Below are positions 45,217 through 55,132 of a DNA stretch of 64,000 nt, one piece after another. Position numbers and translations under genes: made by a program. The notes beneath the pieces are model-generated. The model was not told the origin of the DNA and made no database searches. It was given only the letters and a program-made list of their open reading frames with translations. Each line of letters begins with the position of its first letter. The first letter of the stretch is position 1. This stretch comes from an uncultured Acidobacteriota bacterium (GTDB lineage: Bacteria; Acidobacteriota; Blastocatellia; RBC074). Location: assembly GCA_963796275.1 (NCBI GenBank), contig CAWCKY010000001.1, positions 1,184,001 through 1,248,000 on the forward strand, in the 5' to 3' direction.

Positions 45217-47901
45217 ATGAAGAGTGATTTCGATCTAGCAATTATCGGTTCTGGGTTTTCCGGTTCGCTGATGGCGATGATTGCGCGGCGCACGGGTCGA
45301 TCGGTCATTCTGTTGGATCACGGCGGGCATCCGCGATTCGCCATTGGGGAGTCGACCTCGCCGCTAATGAATCTGATCATCGAGCAATTGGCTGATCGCT
45401 ACGACCTGCCGCGACTGAAACCGCTCGCCACCTGGGGGGAGTGGCAGCGCACCTATCCGCAACTTGTTGGGGGGCTTAAACGCGGGTCCACCTTCTTCAA
45501 ACACGAATCGGGCACACCCTATCGGACAGCTCCGGATCATTCGAATCAATTACTTATATCAGCCAACCCGAACGATGAGGCCGCCGACACCCACTGGCTA
45601 CGCTCTGATGTTGATTATTTTCTGTTGCAGGAAGCCATTTCATGCGGAGCGGAATATCTTGATCAAACACGACTGAACTCCCTCGAATGGGCGGGTAGCG
45701 ACGGGGCAAACGGGGCAAACGGAGCAATCGGGGCAAACGGAGCAATACTTCGTGGTGAACGGCGCGGACGAGCTGTTAATCTGCGCGCGCGTTTTATTGT
45801 CGATGCCAGCGGCCCGCGCGGATTCTTGAGCAGGGCGCTCAATCTGAAGGAGCGGGCTTTTGCTGATTTTCCGGCGACCCAGGCGCTCTATTCACATTTC
45901 ATTGGCGTCCATCGATGTGAGGGGATGCCGGATTACGAAGTCGAAATAGATCCGCCGTACCCGATGGATGATTCGGCCGTACATCATGTTTTTGACGGTG
46001 GTTGGATGTGGGTTTTGCGTTTCAACAACGGAGTGACCAGCGCTGGGATCGCCGTAACCGAAGATATGGCGAGAGAGTTGAAACTGGCGGAGGGTGAAGC
46101 CGCTTGGCAGCGATTCCTTGCGCGATTCCCCTCGATCGCCGAGCAGTTTGCCGGCGCGCGAGCGATTCGAGAATTCACCTGGATGCCCCATCTGACGTAT
46201 CGTTCCGAGCTGGCTGCCGGGGACGGCTGGGCTTTGCTTCCGTCGGCCGCGGCATTCATCGATCCGCTTTTCGGTCCGGGGATGCCGATGTCGGTGCTCG
46301 GCATCGAAAGGCTCGGCCGGTTACTGGAGCATGACATCGCGGATTGTGAGGTTAATGACAGACTACGCGAATATAGCCGGGTGACGCTTATGGAAGCCGA
46401 TCATACGGCTGATTTCGTTGCTGGCTGCTATGCCGCGTTCCCGCATTTTGAACTCTTTACATCACTCTCGATGGTTTATTTTGCGGCCGCCAGCTTCTGT
46501 GAAATGGCCCGCAGATTGGGACGAAACCATCTAGCGCAGCGTTTTCTGGCCGTGGACCGACCGGCCTTTGCTAATGCTTCTGGCAGCCTGAGTCAAATTT
46601 TGCGTCACAACGAATGCCTTGACTCGATCCTATTTGCCGCTCAGGTGAAACAGAATATCGATACGCTGAACATAGCCGGGCTTTGCGATCAACGCAAACG
46701 AAACTGGTACGATGTGGATATTGAAAATATGATCCGATGCGCCGATAAGCTGGAGGTTACGTCAGATGAGATGGGAAGATTTTTGCGGAGCGCGAATTGG
46801 GCGCAAAAAGCCGTCCAACTTCATCAGGATCACACGAAGCAGCTGATTCAATCGGGGCAACTGCGCCAACGTTCGATCCGGCTATCCCATAATCTTTCCC
46901 GGGATGAAGCAGAATCTGGTGGCGATATGGTTGGATCCTGCCCGGCATTTCAGCTGATGCTCGAAGACGCCTTGAACGTTGCTCCTACCGATGTCACTGT
47001 TCTCCTGCGCGGAGAAACGGGGACGGGCAAGGAGCTGCTCGCCTACGCGATTCACCAGCACAGTTTACGCAGGCTCGGCCCATTCGTCATCGTCAATTGC
47101 GCGGCGTTGCCGCCTTCGTTGATAGAAAGCGAACTGTTCGGGTACGAGAAAGGCGCTTTCACCGGTGCGTCGCTGCGAAAGCCCGGGCGGTTCGAACTGG
47201 CGGATGGGGGAACCATCTTTTTGGATGAGATCGGTGAAGTGCCGCTGGAGATACAGGGAAGATTCTTGCGCGTGCTGCAGACCGGCGTTTTCGAGCGATT
47301 GGGGAGCACGAAGAGCGTCCGCGTCAAGGTCCGTATAATCGCTGCGACCAATCAGCCGCTCGAGCAACTCGTCAATGAGCGAAAGTTCCGCTCCGATCTT
47401 TTTTACCGTCTCAACGTCTTTCCGATCACACTGCCTCCGCTGCGCGAGCGATCAGCCGATATCCCACTGCTAGTTCGGCATTTCGTCGATAAATACAATG
47501 CGCGGTTCAAACGTTCGATAACATCGATCAGCAAACAGTCGCTCCACGCCTTGGAACAGTATGGCTGGCCCGGCAATGTGCGGGAGCTGGAACATCTGGT
47601 GGAGCGCGCCGTCCTCTCCGCTAAAGGTGAGATATTGAAAGTCGCACCACCCGCGATCTGCCTCGAACCTGCTTTACCGGTTAATGAAAGAGACACCCAG
47701 TTGGCCGAACCTGGTGTTTCGGCGCGGCCCGCAACCCTTACTGAGAACGAGTTGGCCCACATTCGAATGGTTTTGCGCCGCACTGGCGGCCGCATTTCGG
47801 GGCCGCAGGGAGCCGCTTCGATTCTCGGCATCCCGCCATCAACGCTTCGCAGTCGAATCAAAAAGCTGGGATTGAAAATCAATCCGGACGGCGCAAATTG
47901 A
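45217..47901 (+). CDS. Fusion protein: flavin-dependent halogenase-like domain plus sigma54-dependent activator (AAA+ and Fis-type HTH, FhlA-like)
   Basis: N-part: IIGSGFSG, HPRFAIGES, KRG, GWMWVLRF, AFIDPLF. C-part: GETGTGKE, ESELFGYEKGAFTGA, FLDEIGE, RIIAATN, DLFYRLNV, WPGNVREL, GAASILGIPPSTLRSRIKKLG. One uninterrupted 894-aa frame. Confidence 0.9.
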   Translation: MKSDFDLAIIGSGFSGSLMAMIARRTGRSVILLDHGGHPRFAIGESTSPLMNLIIEQLADRYDLPRLKPLATWGEWQRTYPQLVGGLKRGSTFFKHESGTPYRTAPDHSNQLLISANPNDEAADTHWLRSDVDYFLLQEAISCGAEYLDQTRLNSLEWAGSDGANGANGAIGANGAILRGERRGRAVNLRARFIVDASGPRGFLSRALNLKERAFADFPATQALYSHFIGVHRCEGMPDYEVEIDPPYPMDDSAVHHVFDGGWMWVLRFNNGVTSAGIAVTEDMARELKLAEGEAAWQRFLARFPSIAEQFAGARAIREFTWMPHLTYRSELAAGDGWALLPSAAAFIDPLFGPGMPMSVLGIERLGRLLEHDIADCEVNDRLREYSRVTLMEADHTADFVAGCYAAFPHFELFTSLSMVYFAAASFCEMARRLGRNHLAQRFLAVDRPAFANASGSLSQILRHNECLDSILFAAQVKQNIDTLNIAGLCDQRKRNWYDVDIENMIRCADKLEVTSDEMGRFLRSANWAQKAVQLHQDHTKQLIQSGQLRQRSIRLSHNLSRDEAESGGDMVGSCPAFQLMLEDALNVAPTDVTVLLRGETGTGKELLAYAIHQHSLRRLGPFVIVNCAALPPSLIESELFGYEKGAFTGASLRKPGRFELADGGTIFLDEIGEVPLEIQGRFLRVLQTGVFERLGSTKSVRVKVRIIAATNQPLEQLVNERKFRSDLFYRLNVFPITLPPLRERSADIPLLVRHFVDKYNARFKRSITSISKQSLHALEQYGWPGNVRELEHLVERAVLSAKGEILKVAPPAICLEPALPVNERDTQLAEPGVSARPATLTENELAHIRMVLRRTGGRISGPQGAASILGIPPSTLRSRIKKLGLKINPDGAN
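45703..45747 (+). repeat. In-frame 9-bp tandem repeat x5 (GAN/GAI)
   Basis: ggggcaaac ggggcaaac ggagcaatc ggggcaaac ggagcaata encodes GANGANGAIGANGAI. Confidence 0.85.
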
Positions 47902-48831
47902 TCAATACTCTACCAGAGGATCGACGACAGCCAGCCCAGCTCTTTCCTTTATAACCGAAAGGTGAGGCAGGAGCGCTTCCTCCAACTCTCCGCTAGTCAC
48001 CGTCGTGGCGCAATGATCAGTTGCGAGCTGTTTCCAGGGCGGCTTCTCACCATAGACGTACTCTCCGAAGACGAGCACCGGTGTTCCGTATCCGACGATC
48101 TGGCGACGATCTGAGGAAAGTTTCCACTCGTCTGCCCAGCCATAAAACCATGCTGCGTCATCGGCGAGCAGCCGGATGCAGGAATGGCTGGCAGGATATC
48201 CGGGAAGCTCATATTCGTGAATAGAAATGCCCTTCGCGTTGTCGAGGTTGAAGTACCAGCGGAGAAGCCACGCCGAGTTGACCGTACTACGGGTCGCCTT
48301 CGATCTCCAGTTCGTGTGATAAAGGCCCGCAGGAGTAGGCGTCGACTTCTTTCCTGTGCTGGTTGGCCCCCACCGCACGAGGCGCCCGAACTCATAGGCG
48401 CCGAAGGCCTGGACGCGCCGCGAAACCAAGAGCAGCCTGGGCGTGTCTCGCGCCTGCTCGACCTCAGATGGGAAAGGCGAGAGATTGACCAGATTGCTGA
48501 CAGACTCTGGTATCAGAAGTGTATCACCCTTTCGGATGTGTCCGGCATCGACCCGGTTCAGTTTGAGAACCGCCGCCATGGTTTCCTCGCCGATTTCAGC
48601 CTTGATCTGCGTAAGGGATTTCGCACCTTTAACAGCATAAGTGCGATAACTGATAGGATTGTTCTCGGGCATTTCGGGCACGAGCCTTGGATCGGAGCTG
48701 AGTCCCGTGGTTGGGGGATCATCGATCGTGATAGCCTCAAGATATCTGGGCGGCACCGTCATCGTGGTAATGAGCAGGAATGCACAGATGAGCCCGAGAG
48801 GCAATGTGCGCGGGATAAAAGTTGTTTTCAT
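47902..48831 (-). CDS. L,D-transpeptidase family (YkuD) protein
   Basis: Signal peptide, STGKKSTPTPAG, and catalytic HEYELPGYPASHSCIRL (H...SHxC). Confidence 0.88.
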   Translation of the reverse strand: MKTTFIPRTLPLGLICAFLLITTMTVPPRYLEAITIDDPPTTGLSSDPRLVPEMPENNPISYRTYAVKGAKSLTQIKAEIGEETMAAVLKLNRVDAGHIRKGDTLLIPESVSNLVNLSPFPSEVEQARDTPRLLLVSRRVQAFGAYEFGRLVRWGPTSTGKKSTPTPAGLYHTNWRSKATRSTVNSAWLLRWYFNLDNAKGISIHEYELPGYPASHSCIRLLADDAAWFYGWADEWKLSSDRRQIVGYGTPVLVFGEYVYGEKPPWKQLATDHCATTVTSGELEEALLPHLSVIKERAGLAVVDPLVEY

Positions 48832-48940
48832 CGTAATGAATCCTCCTTGTCCCGCGGATACTATTCGGATCGTGGTTTCTGCAGTAGGACTCTCGCCACA
48901 TTAAATAAATGTGGAATGCCGCCTGAAGCTGAGGCGGGGA

Positions 48941-49373
48941 TCACACAGTTTTGGGTTGAGGGTTCCCCGGTGCGTTTGGTACCGCTGGGAGATCTACTCC
49001 GTGCGCCCAAACCAATTTCCACTTCTCCTGATGCTTTACGAACACATCTACGAATGCCGCTGCGCTTATTTCCTCTTTACCTTCATCATTTAGCGTCCTG
49101 GCCTTCTGCGTTCCGCTCATTACGACCACGTCTGAAAATACGTTCGCCTTCATATCCTCGGACCAGACAGAGAGGATACTCAACGGGTAGTGACTCAATG
49201 GCAGCAAGAAACTCTGGCCTTGAGCGATCGCCTTCCATCGGATTTCTATAGATAAAATTATCCGACAAAATTTGATCCAGCTTGTTTGTGTCTTTACCCT
49301 TTATAGCAGCGAAGATATCGGTCTCAATTCGGAATATTTCGTTTTCAATCGACCCATCATGTTCTTGATTCAT
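48941..49373 (-). pseudogene. NTF2-like / DUF4440 family protein split by a single-base insertion
   Basis: ORFs 49086..49373 and 48941..49207 join as ...IESLPVE-ILSVWSEDMK... if one base near 49178 is removed. Motifs KGKDTNKLDQILSDNFIY and FVDVFVKHQEKWKLVWAH. Confidence 0.75.
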
Positions 49374-49702
49374 AGCTCTTTCTCCTACCTGCTCTGGAAT
49401 CTGACTCCGTGCCTGCTATACCTTGATTGAACACCTAATGGAATCTGTGGAACAAAATAACCCCATATCACGGCTATCACAAGTAGCGCGGCAAAACAGG
49501 TCCGACGATAGTCGAGCTGGACATAAAAGTATCCGCCGACGAGGCGCTCAAAACTGGGCACCTCGCGGCGGTGAATATGTCATTGAGAATATTTCTGACG
49601 ACAGGCTGAGATATCCGCTCAAAGAACTGTCCCGAACATTATAGAAAGAGCCGGATCAGCCGAAGAGGACTCGTAATCTGAGCCGCTAGTTTAAAAGGAT
49701 GT

Positions 49703-51100
49703 TCAACCTCTCCGGATCAATTTCATTCTCCCGCTGGCACCTTTACCGTTTTGCAGTGTGTGTGACCAGGGGCCTTCGAACTGATCGTTGGTCAATTTCA
49801 CATATCCTTCAATAACCCCGCCTTTACCGTCCACCGCCTTGATGATGAACTTTTCGCCATCAAATCTCGGTTCGATCAGCGCTAATTCACTTCCCCCACC
49901 CCCAGGGGATAAAATTTTGCCAGTGAGACGATCTCCGTCGGTGTTGACGATCAGCACTGGACCTTGAGCGCCATCACCTTCTTCGTATCCATTCCCTTTA
50001 TCCAGGGCCACGTCCCACTCGCCGATGATTTTTTCGTTGGGCGACTTTTTTGAGTTATGTTCTTTGCTGCTCTGCTCGATATCGAGTGAGAAGACGGCGG
50101 CGAGGGCACTCGACGCTGTCAAAACCGAAAAAACGGCAGCCAATATAAGAGTTTTACTTCTCTTGCTCACGTGTGGTCTTCGTTCGATCAGTTTCATAAT
50201 GCGTTCCTCCAGAATGTCGGCTTCGAATACGCCGAGAGTGTATGCGGGCTGGTTTACAACCATCGCGGAATCGGCCAACTGCAGCAATGAGCGGGCGTAG
50301 GCCGGCGCATCGAGCAACCTGTCAGTCACCAACTCATCACAAGCCAATTCACGCGTCTCTTTGATTCGTCGTTTGATGAAAATGACTGCCGGGTGAAATG
50401 CAAGCAGTATGCTCAGTAGTTCGTAAATCAGGTTGAAAGTGAAGTCGCGTCGTTTGATATGCGCCATTTCGTGCCCGATCGCCGCGGACAATAGTTCGGG
50501 CGCATCGGAATCGAGCAGAGCCTCAGGCAGAACGATGCACCGTCTCCCGACTGTAAACGGAACGGCGATTTCAGCGGAGAAGAGAAGCGTGACGCCCTTT
50601 AATCCAAACTCTCTCTGGCATTGATCCTTGATCAGTGCGAGCCGTTCGGATATCTCGCGTTCGTTCGAGGCTGCCAGCAGAGCATTCGTCTTTCTCCCGG
50701 CGCGCCATAGCTTGATTCCGTAAAACAGCAACGAGAGCCAATAACAAGCCAACGCCAGCGCGGCGAGGGTCGGCGGCGGGGAGACCGTTCTCAAGCCCGT
50801 GCGAAAATAATCGCTCAGATCGAACGGTGATAGAGTGGGATTTGAATGGCCGCTTGCCACTCGACTTGAGATCGCCCTCCCCAGGGCGGAGCCTTGTACA
50901 TCACCGCTGAGGACCCCAGATGCGCCGAGCAGCGGAATCAGCACGCAAAGTGTCAGCGCCGCAACCCATAAGAAATGGCGTTGGCGCGCCGGGGCATTCC
51001 GCATCAACCGGTCGCAACCAAGCGCCGCAGCCGTGATCACCAGTGGTTGCCACAGGGCGTTGCCGAGAAAAGTCAGGAACCACTGATTAATCGTCTCCAT
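49703..51100 (-). CDS. BlaR1/MecR1-type M56 metallopeptidase signal transducer with non-PBP extracellular domain
   Basis: TM helices, GHEMAHIKRRD zinc motif, RELACD, YARSLL, LEERI. The short C-terminal beta-rich domain is not PBP-like. Confidence 0.9.
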   Translation of the reverse strand: METINQWFLTFLGNALWQPLVITAAALGCDRLMRNAPARQRHFLWVAALTLCVLIPLLGASGVLSGDVQGSALGRAISSRVASGHSNPTLSPFDLSDYFRTGLRTVSPPPTLAALALACYWLSLLFYGIKLWRAGRKTNALLAASNEREISERLALIKDQCQREFGLKGVTLLFSAEIAVPFTVGRRCIVLPEALLDSDAPELLSAAIGHEMAHIKRRDFTFNLIYELLSILLAFHPAVIFIKRRIKETRELACDELVTDRLLDAPAYARSLLQLADSAMVVNQPAYTLGVFEADILEERIMKLIERRPHVSKRSKTLILAAVFSVLTASSALAAVFSLDIEQSSKEHNSKKSPNEKIIGEWDVALDKGNGYEEGDGAQGPVLIVNTDGDRLTGKILSPGGGGSELALIEPRFDGEKFIIKAVDGKGGVIEGYVKLTNDQFEGPWSHTLQNGKGASGRMKLIRRG

Positions 51101-51479
51101 CGCGTGCCTCCTTGGCCTCCAGCATTCGTTGAAGCCGGGCCAGTTTCTCCGGCGTCAATTGGCGCGACTCGACCAGACTCATCACCAGGCTCTCCGCCGA
51201 TCCCCCAAACAACCGGTCGATCAGGTCTTTGGCCGCGCTCCCGGCCACCTGATCGCGCTTCACTGCCGGACGGTAGTAATATGCCCGGTCTTTGAGCGTT
51301 CGCCTGGCCTTTTTCTTCCGCACCAATACGTTGAGCATCGTTTGTACCGTTGTATAAGCCAGCTCCCTTCCCAGCCGCTGCTGCACGGTCTGTACCGTCG
51401 CAGGGCTGGTCTCCCACAACACATTCATGATTTCGGTCTCGAGCGGCGTCAGCCGGTCGCTCTTTTTTCTAGGTGCCAT
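51087..51479 (-). CDS. BlaI/MecI/CopY family transcriptional repressor
   Basis: LTPLETEIMNVLW...LAYTTVQTMLNVL...LIDRLFGGSAESLV; overlaps the M56 gene start. Confidence 0.93.
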   Translation of the reverse strand: MAPRKKSDRLTPLETEIMNVLWETSPATVQTVQQRLGRELAYTTVQTMLNVLVRKKKARRTLKDRAYYYRPAVKRDQVAGSAAKDLIDRLFGGSAESLVMSLVESRQLTPEKLARLQRMLEAKEARDGDD

Positions 51480-51488
51480 TGAAAATCA

Positions 51489-51508
51489 TCTCCTATATGT
51501 ATAGGAGA
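51489..51508. promoter_or_regulatory. Probable BlaI autoregulatory operator
   Basis: Perfect 9-2-9 palindrome TCTCCTATA-TG-TATAGGAGA about 10 bp upstream of the blaI-like start. A weaker copy CTAAA-GG-TTTAG lies at about 51535-51546. Confidence 0.7.
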
Positions 51509-51632
51509 GTATTCGCTGGTCAGGGATTTGTCAACTAAAGGTTTAGGAGCTTGTCGATTATTGGTTGGGATCAGTCCTGACAGGCATTCGTGATTTCTGG
51601 TGATTTCTAGAAGATGGAGAGATCAAAGCACA

Positions 51633-52691
51633 CTATTGCAACCAGCGGCTCAGGTTTTCGCGGACGAAATCATCGTCGGTCAGATGGGGATAATCTCGGC
51701 AGATGCGGTCTATCTCTGCCATCTGGCCGGGCGAAAGTTCTTCGTTTGGGTCCAGGCACCAGCGGCCCGCCATCAAGCCCTGGCGGCAGAGAATTTCGTG
51801 CAGTCCGGCGATGCAGCCGGCGAAATTGTTCTTCGCGTCGAACAGGACCGCATTGGCGTCGGTGATCTCGGCCGATCGCGCCAGCATTTTATAAGCATTC
51901 TGACCGCCGGCGGATCGGCAGTCTTTGATCTCTTTCAGTAACTCGACGGCTCGTTTCGTCCAGACTGCCCAATGGCCCAACAGCCCTCCCGCAAAGCTGA
52001 TCGCGACATTTCCCATCTCGCCCGCGACGCGAAACTCCGTCAGAAGGTCCGCCACGATGTTGTCATCATTGCCCGTATAGAGGGCGACTTCGCTGTAGCG
52101 CCCACTGCTGGCGAGCGCGCGGACAACGTCGAGCGTCTGGTAGCGATTGAACGGCGCGACTTTGATGCCGGCGACGTTCTCTATCTCAAGAAATTCGCGC
52201 CAGAACCCATAGTCCAGCAGCCGTCCCCCGACCGCGGGCTGCAGATAGAAACCGAAGATGGGGATCACCTCCGAGACGCGCCGGCAATGCTCGACCATCT
52301 CCGCTGTCGAGGCTTCCCGCAATGCCGCCAGGCTTAACAGACCGAGGTCGTATCCCAGGTTGCGCGCGATCACCGCTTCATCAATAGCCTGTTTCGTCAG
52401 ACCGCAGACGCCGGCGACCTTGACCAGCCTCCTCCTATTGCGCAGCTCCCATTCGCGCATCGTCTCTGCGCCCAATCGCAACACCAGCTCGAACAAGCCC
52501 ACCTGTCGAATTGCGAATTGTGTGGTATGCACACCGACTGCGATGCCCCCCGCCCCCGCGTCACTATAGTATCGGGTTAAAGCGGCCTGCCTGCGTTTAT
52601 CAAGTTTGCGGTTCTGGTCGAGCGCGAGGGGATGCGCGGGGATCACAATTCCCGCGAGCAGCCGATCTCGCAACTCCTTATCTATCGACAT
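51633..52691 (-). CDS. Dihydrodipicolinate synthase-like (class I aldolase/dehydratase) family protein
   Basis: VIPAHPLAL, GVHTTQF, FYLQPAVGG, Schiff-base IKVAPF, LYTGNDD. Confidence 0.85.
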   Translation of the reverse strand: MSIDKELRDRLLAGIVIPAHPLALDQNRKLDKRRQAALTRYYSDAGAGGIAVGVHTTQFAIRQVGLFELVLRLGAETMREWELRNRRRLVKVAGVCGLTKQAIDEAVIARNLGYDLGLLSLAALREASTAEMVEHCRRVSEVIPIFGFYLQPAVGGRLLDYGFWREFLEIENVAGIKVAPFNRYQTLDVVRALASSGRYSEVALYTGNDDNIVADLLTEFRVAGEMGNVAISFAGGLLGHWAVWTKRAVELLKEIKDCRSAGGQNAYKMLARSAEITDANAVLFDAKNNFAGCIAGLHEILCRQGLMAGRWCLDPNEELSPGQMAEIDRICRDYPHLTDDDFVRENLSRWLQ

Positions 52692-53710
52692 CAGAATCTC
52701 CCGTCAGTAACTTCGAACTTCGTAGGCTTGTTCAAACTCGTACCGCCTATTTCAATCCAATGCGCCACCATCTCCATCAACTCGCCCAGGGGGACTTCCG
52801 GATAGCCGAGCAGCCTGTGGCAGAGCGATGCGTTGTTCAGAAGGGCTGTATCACTCTCCACACCCCGAAAAATGGCTTCGCGTTTGAATCTCGCCGCAAA
52901 AAATTCAGCCGCGCGCCGGGTCGATACAATCTCGGGTCCGGTGACGTTCAAGATTCGGGGCGGCGACTGGCATAACTCAAGACAGCGTAAAGCATATGAG
53001 TTCGCATCGCCCTGCCAGACGACGTTGAAGGCGGGGACGGTCAGATCGATTGCGTTGCCCTCATAGACGTTCCGCGCTATGTCAACCAGCACGCCGTAGC
53101 GTAGATCGACTGCGTAATTAAGCCGGAAGATCAGGCACTGCATCCCGAATTCGCGCGAGAAATACTCGAATACTCGTTCGCGTCCCAGACACGATTGGGC
53201 ATATTCGCCCAGCGGATCAGGCGAATCGATTTCAATAGAACCGCCTGATGCCGGCTTGGCAAAACGATAGACATTGCCGGTGGAGAAGGCGACGATGCGA
53301 GCATCGCGATAATGGTGCGCAACATAAGCCGGAATTATGGTATTGCTGACCCAGGTGAGATCGTTGCGATCCAGCGAACCGAACTTGCGGCCCGCGAGAT
53401 AGAGCACATTCTCGCACGCCGGCAAAGTATCCACCTCGGCTTGGTCGAAAAGATCGCATGCGACAGTCTCGACATCATTCTTTTCGAGCTCTTGGCGCGC
53501 CTGCATTGAAGAAAAGCGTGAGATGGCGATCACGCGGCGCTCGATCCCGGCGGCTTGTGATGCGCGTTTGATGCGACGAGCGAGCGATGGCCCCATCTTC
53601 CCGCCGGCTCCTAGAACGACCAGATCACCAGGCAGCCTCCGCATCGCCTCAATGTCGGCTGCATTGGGGGTGGAGAGAAGACTCTCCAGTTGTTCTTCGT
53701 TCTCTACCAT
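52691..53710 (-). CDS. NAD-dependent epimerase/dehydratase family protein
   Basis: LGAGGKMG Rossmann motif, FSTGNVY, EYAQSCLGRE; TGATG coupling to the DHDPS-like gene. Confidence 0.87.
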   Translation of the reverse strand: MVENEEQLESLLSTPNAADIEAMRRLPGDLVVLGAGGKMGPSLARRIKRASQAAGIERRVIAISRFSSMQARQELEKNDVETVACDLFDQAEVDTLPACENVLYLAGRKFGSLDRNDLTWVSNTIIPAYVAHHYRDARIVAFSTGNVYRFAKPASGGSIEIDSPDPLGEYAQSCLGRERVFEYFSREFGMQCLIFRLNYAVDLRYGVLVDIARNVYEGNAIDLTVPAFNVVWQGDANSYALRCLELCQSPPRILNVTGPEIVSTRRAAEFFAARFKREAIFRGVESDTALLNNASLCHRLLGYPEVPLGELMEMVAHWIEIGGTSLNKPTKFEVTDGRF

Positions 53711-53834
53711 ACATGTTCAGATGGAAACAAATTAGGCAAAAAAGGGCAAGAATGGCCAAGACTCAAAGCTCTATGTCTTCGTGCCCTTTAACTATTTTGT
53801 TTCCGTTTTGCCTTCACAGAGCGCCCGGCAAGTG

Positions 53835-55130
53835 TCATATCGCATTTACGATTCCCTCTCGTGTGGCGCTGTTGTTGCGAACCAGAGTCACGACAGCCAG
53901 CATCGCCAGCAACGGAATCAAGCTGGCCACGATCAGTATCGGTTCGAATGAATAGCGATCGGCGACCATTCCTATCAGATAGGTCGCTGCGATCGTGCCC
54001 ACCCCAGCCCCGGTCCCGCTCATTCCGCTGACTGACGCGACCGATCCGGTGGGATAGATATCGGCCGGCAGATTCAATACCATCGTCGAGAGCGCGGCAT
54101 AGGTGAGGGTCGAGATCGCGAAGCAGATGACTATCCAGTAGAACGAGCTGGTGAATGCGGTCGGAATCAACAGGGTCATCCCCAGCGCGCAGATCACGAC
54201 GACGAACTTTCTCGCTGCGCCGACCGACCAGCCGCGCTTGATCAAATAACTCGACAGCCCTCCGCCCGCGAAATTCCCGATATCGGCAGCGACGAACGGG
54301 ACCCAGAATGCCAGCAGGCTATTTTCAAGTTTAAAACCCTTGGCTACCAGGTAGATGGCGAACCAATCGGTGATGAAGAACCAGACCGGATCGGTCAGGG
54401 TCTTGCCGATGATAATGCCCCAGGTCTGCGGCAATGAGAGGAGCGTGCGATAACTCAAACGCTTGCTCGCGCCGGATTCCGCGTTCTTATCCGCACGATT
54501 GGCCATTATGTAGTCGCGTTCCTCGGCGCTCAGACGCGGGTGCTCTTCCGGACGGTGATATAACTTGCGAAACAGTATCAGCCAGATGAAACCGAGCGAA
54601 CCGGTGATGATGAAGGCCGGCCGCCAGCTTCCGAAATAGTGGTAGGCCGACAGGACCAGAATCGGCGCAATTGCTCCGCCGATCGAAGAACCGCTGTCGA
54701 AGAGCGCTACCGCCCATCCGCTCTCACGTTTCGGAAACCATTCGGAGACGGCCTTGGTCGCGCCGGGCCAGTTGGCGGACTCGCCCGCGCCCAGCAGAAA
54801 GCGAAAGAACGCGAAGCTTCGCAATCCCGTGGCCAGCGACGTCAGCATCGCGGCAAGAGAATAGAAGGCTACCCCCAAACTCAACCCCTTTCGCGTTCCG
54901 ATGAGGTCCAGAAGGCGGCCTGAAGCAGTCTGACCGAATGAATAAGCGACGCGAAATGCGATGATCAGCAAGGCGAAATCGGAATTCGTCCATTGATATT
55001 CGGTCTTGATATACGGCGCGAGCACGCTCAATGTCTGCCGGTCGATATAGTTGATGACCGTCGAAAGGAAGAGCAGACCGCCGATATACCAGCGCAGGTG
55101 TTTGATAGGAGCCCGTTTGTCATCCTTCAT
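53835..55130 (-). CDS. MFS transporter, ExuT-like hexuronate/sugar-acid (ACS) family
   Basis: [55 protein letters not shown]. Start placed at MKDDK with GGGG/GAAG upstream. Confidence 0.88.
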   Translation of the reverse strand: MKDDKRAPIKHLRWYIGGLLFLSTVINYIDRQTLSVLAPYIKTEYQWTNSDFALLIIAFRVAYSFGQTASGRLLDLIGTRKGLSLGVAFYSLAAMLTSLATGLRSFAFFRFLLGAGESANWPGATKAVSEWFPKRESGWAVALFDSGSSIGGAIAPILVLSAYHYFGSWRPAFIITGSLGFIWLILFRKLYHRPEEHPRLSAEERDYIMANRADKNAESGASKRLSYRTLLSLPQTWGIIIGKTLTDPVWFFITDWFAIYLVAKGFKLENSLLAFWVPFVAADIGNFAGGGLSSYLIKRGWSVGAARKFVVVICALGMTLLIPTAFTSSFYWIVICFAISTLTYAALSTMVLNLPADIYPTGSVASVSGMSGTGAGVGTIAATYLIGMVADRYSFEPILIVASLIPLLAMLAVVTLVRNNSATREGIVNAI

Positions 55131-55132
55131 CT

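Noticed and set aside
48184-49251. 355-aa + strand ORF
   Set aside because: Antisense to the L,D-transpeptidase and DUF4440 genes; no domain signal.
49423-49644. 73-aa + strand ORF between DUF4440 and M56 genes
   Set aside because: No motif or RBS; cannot be supported.
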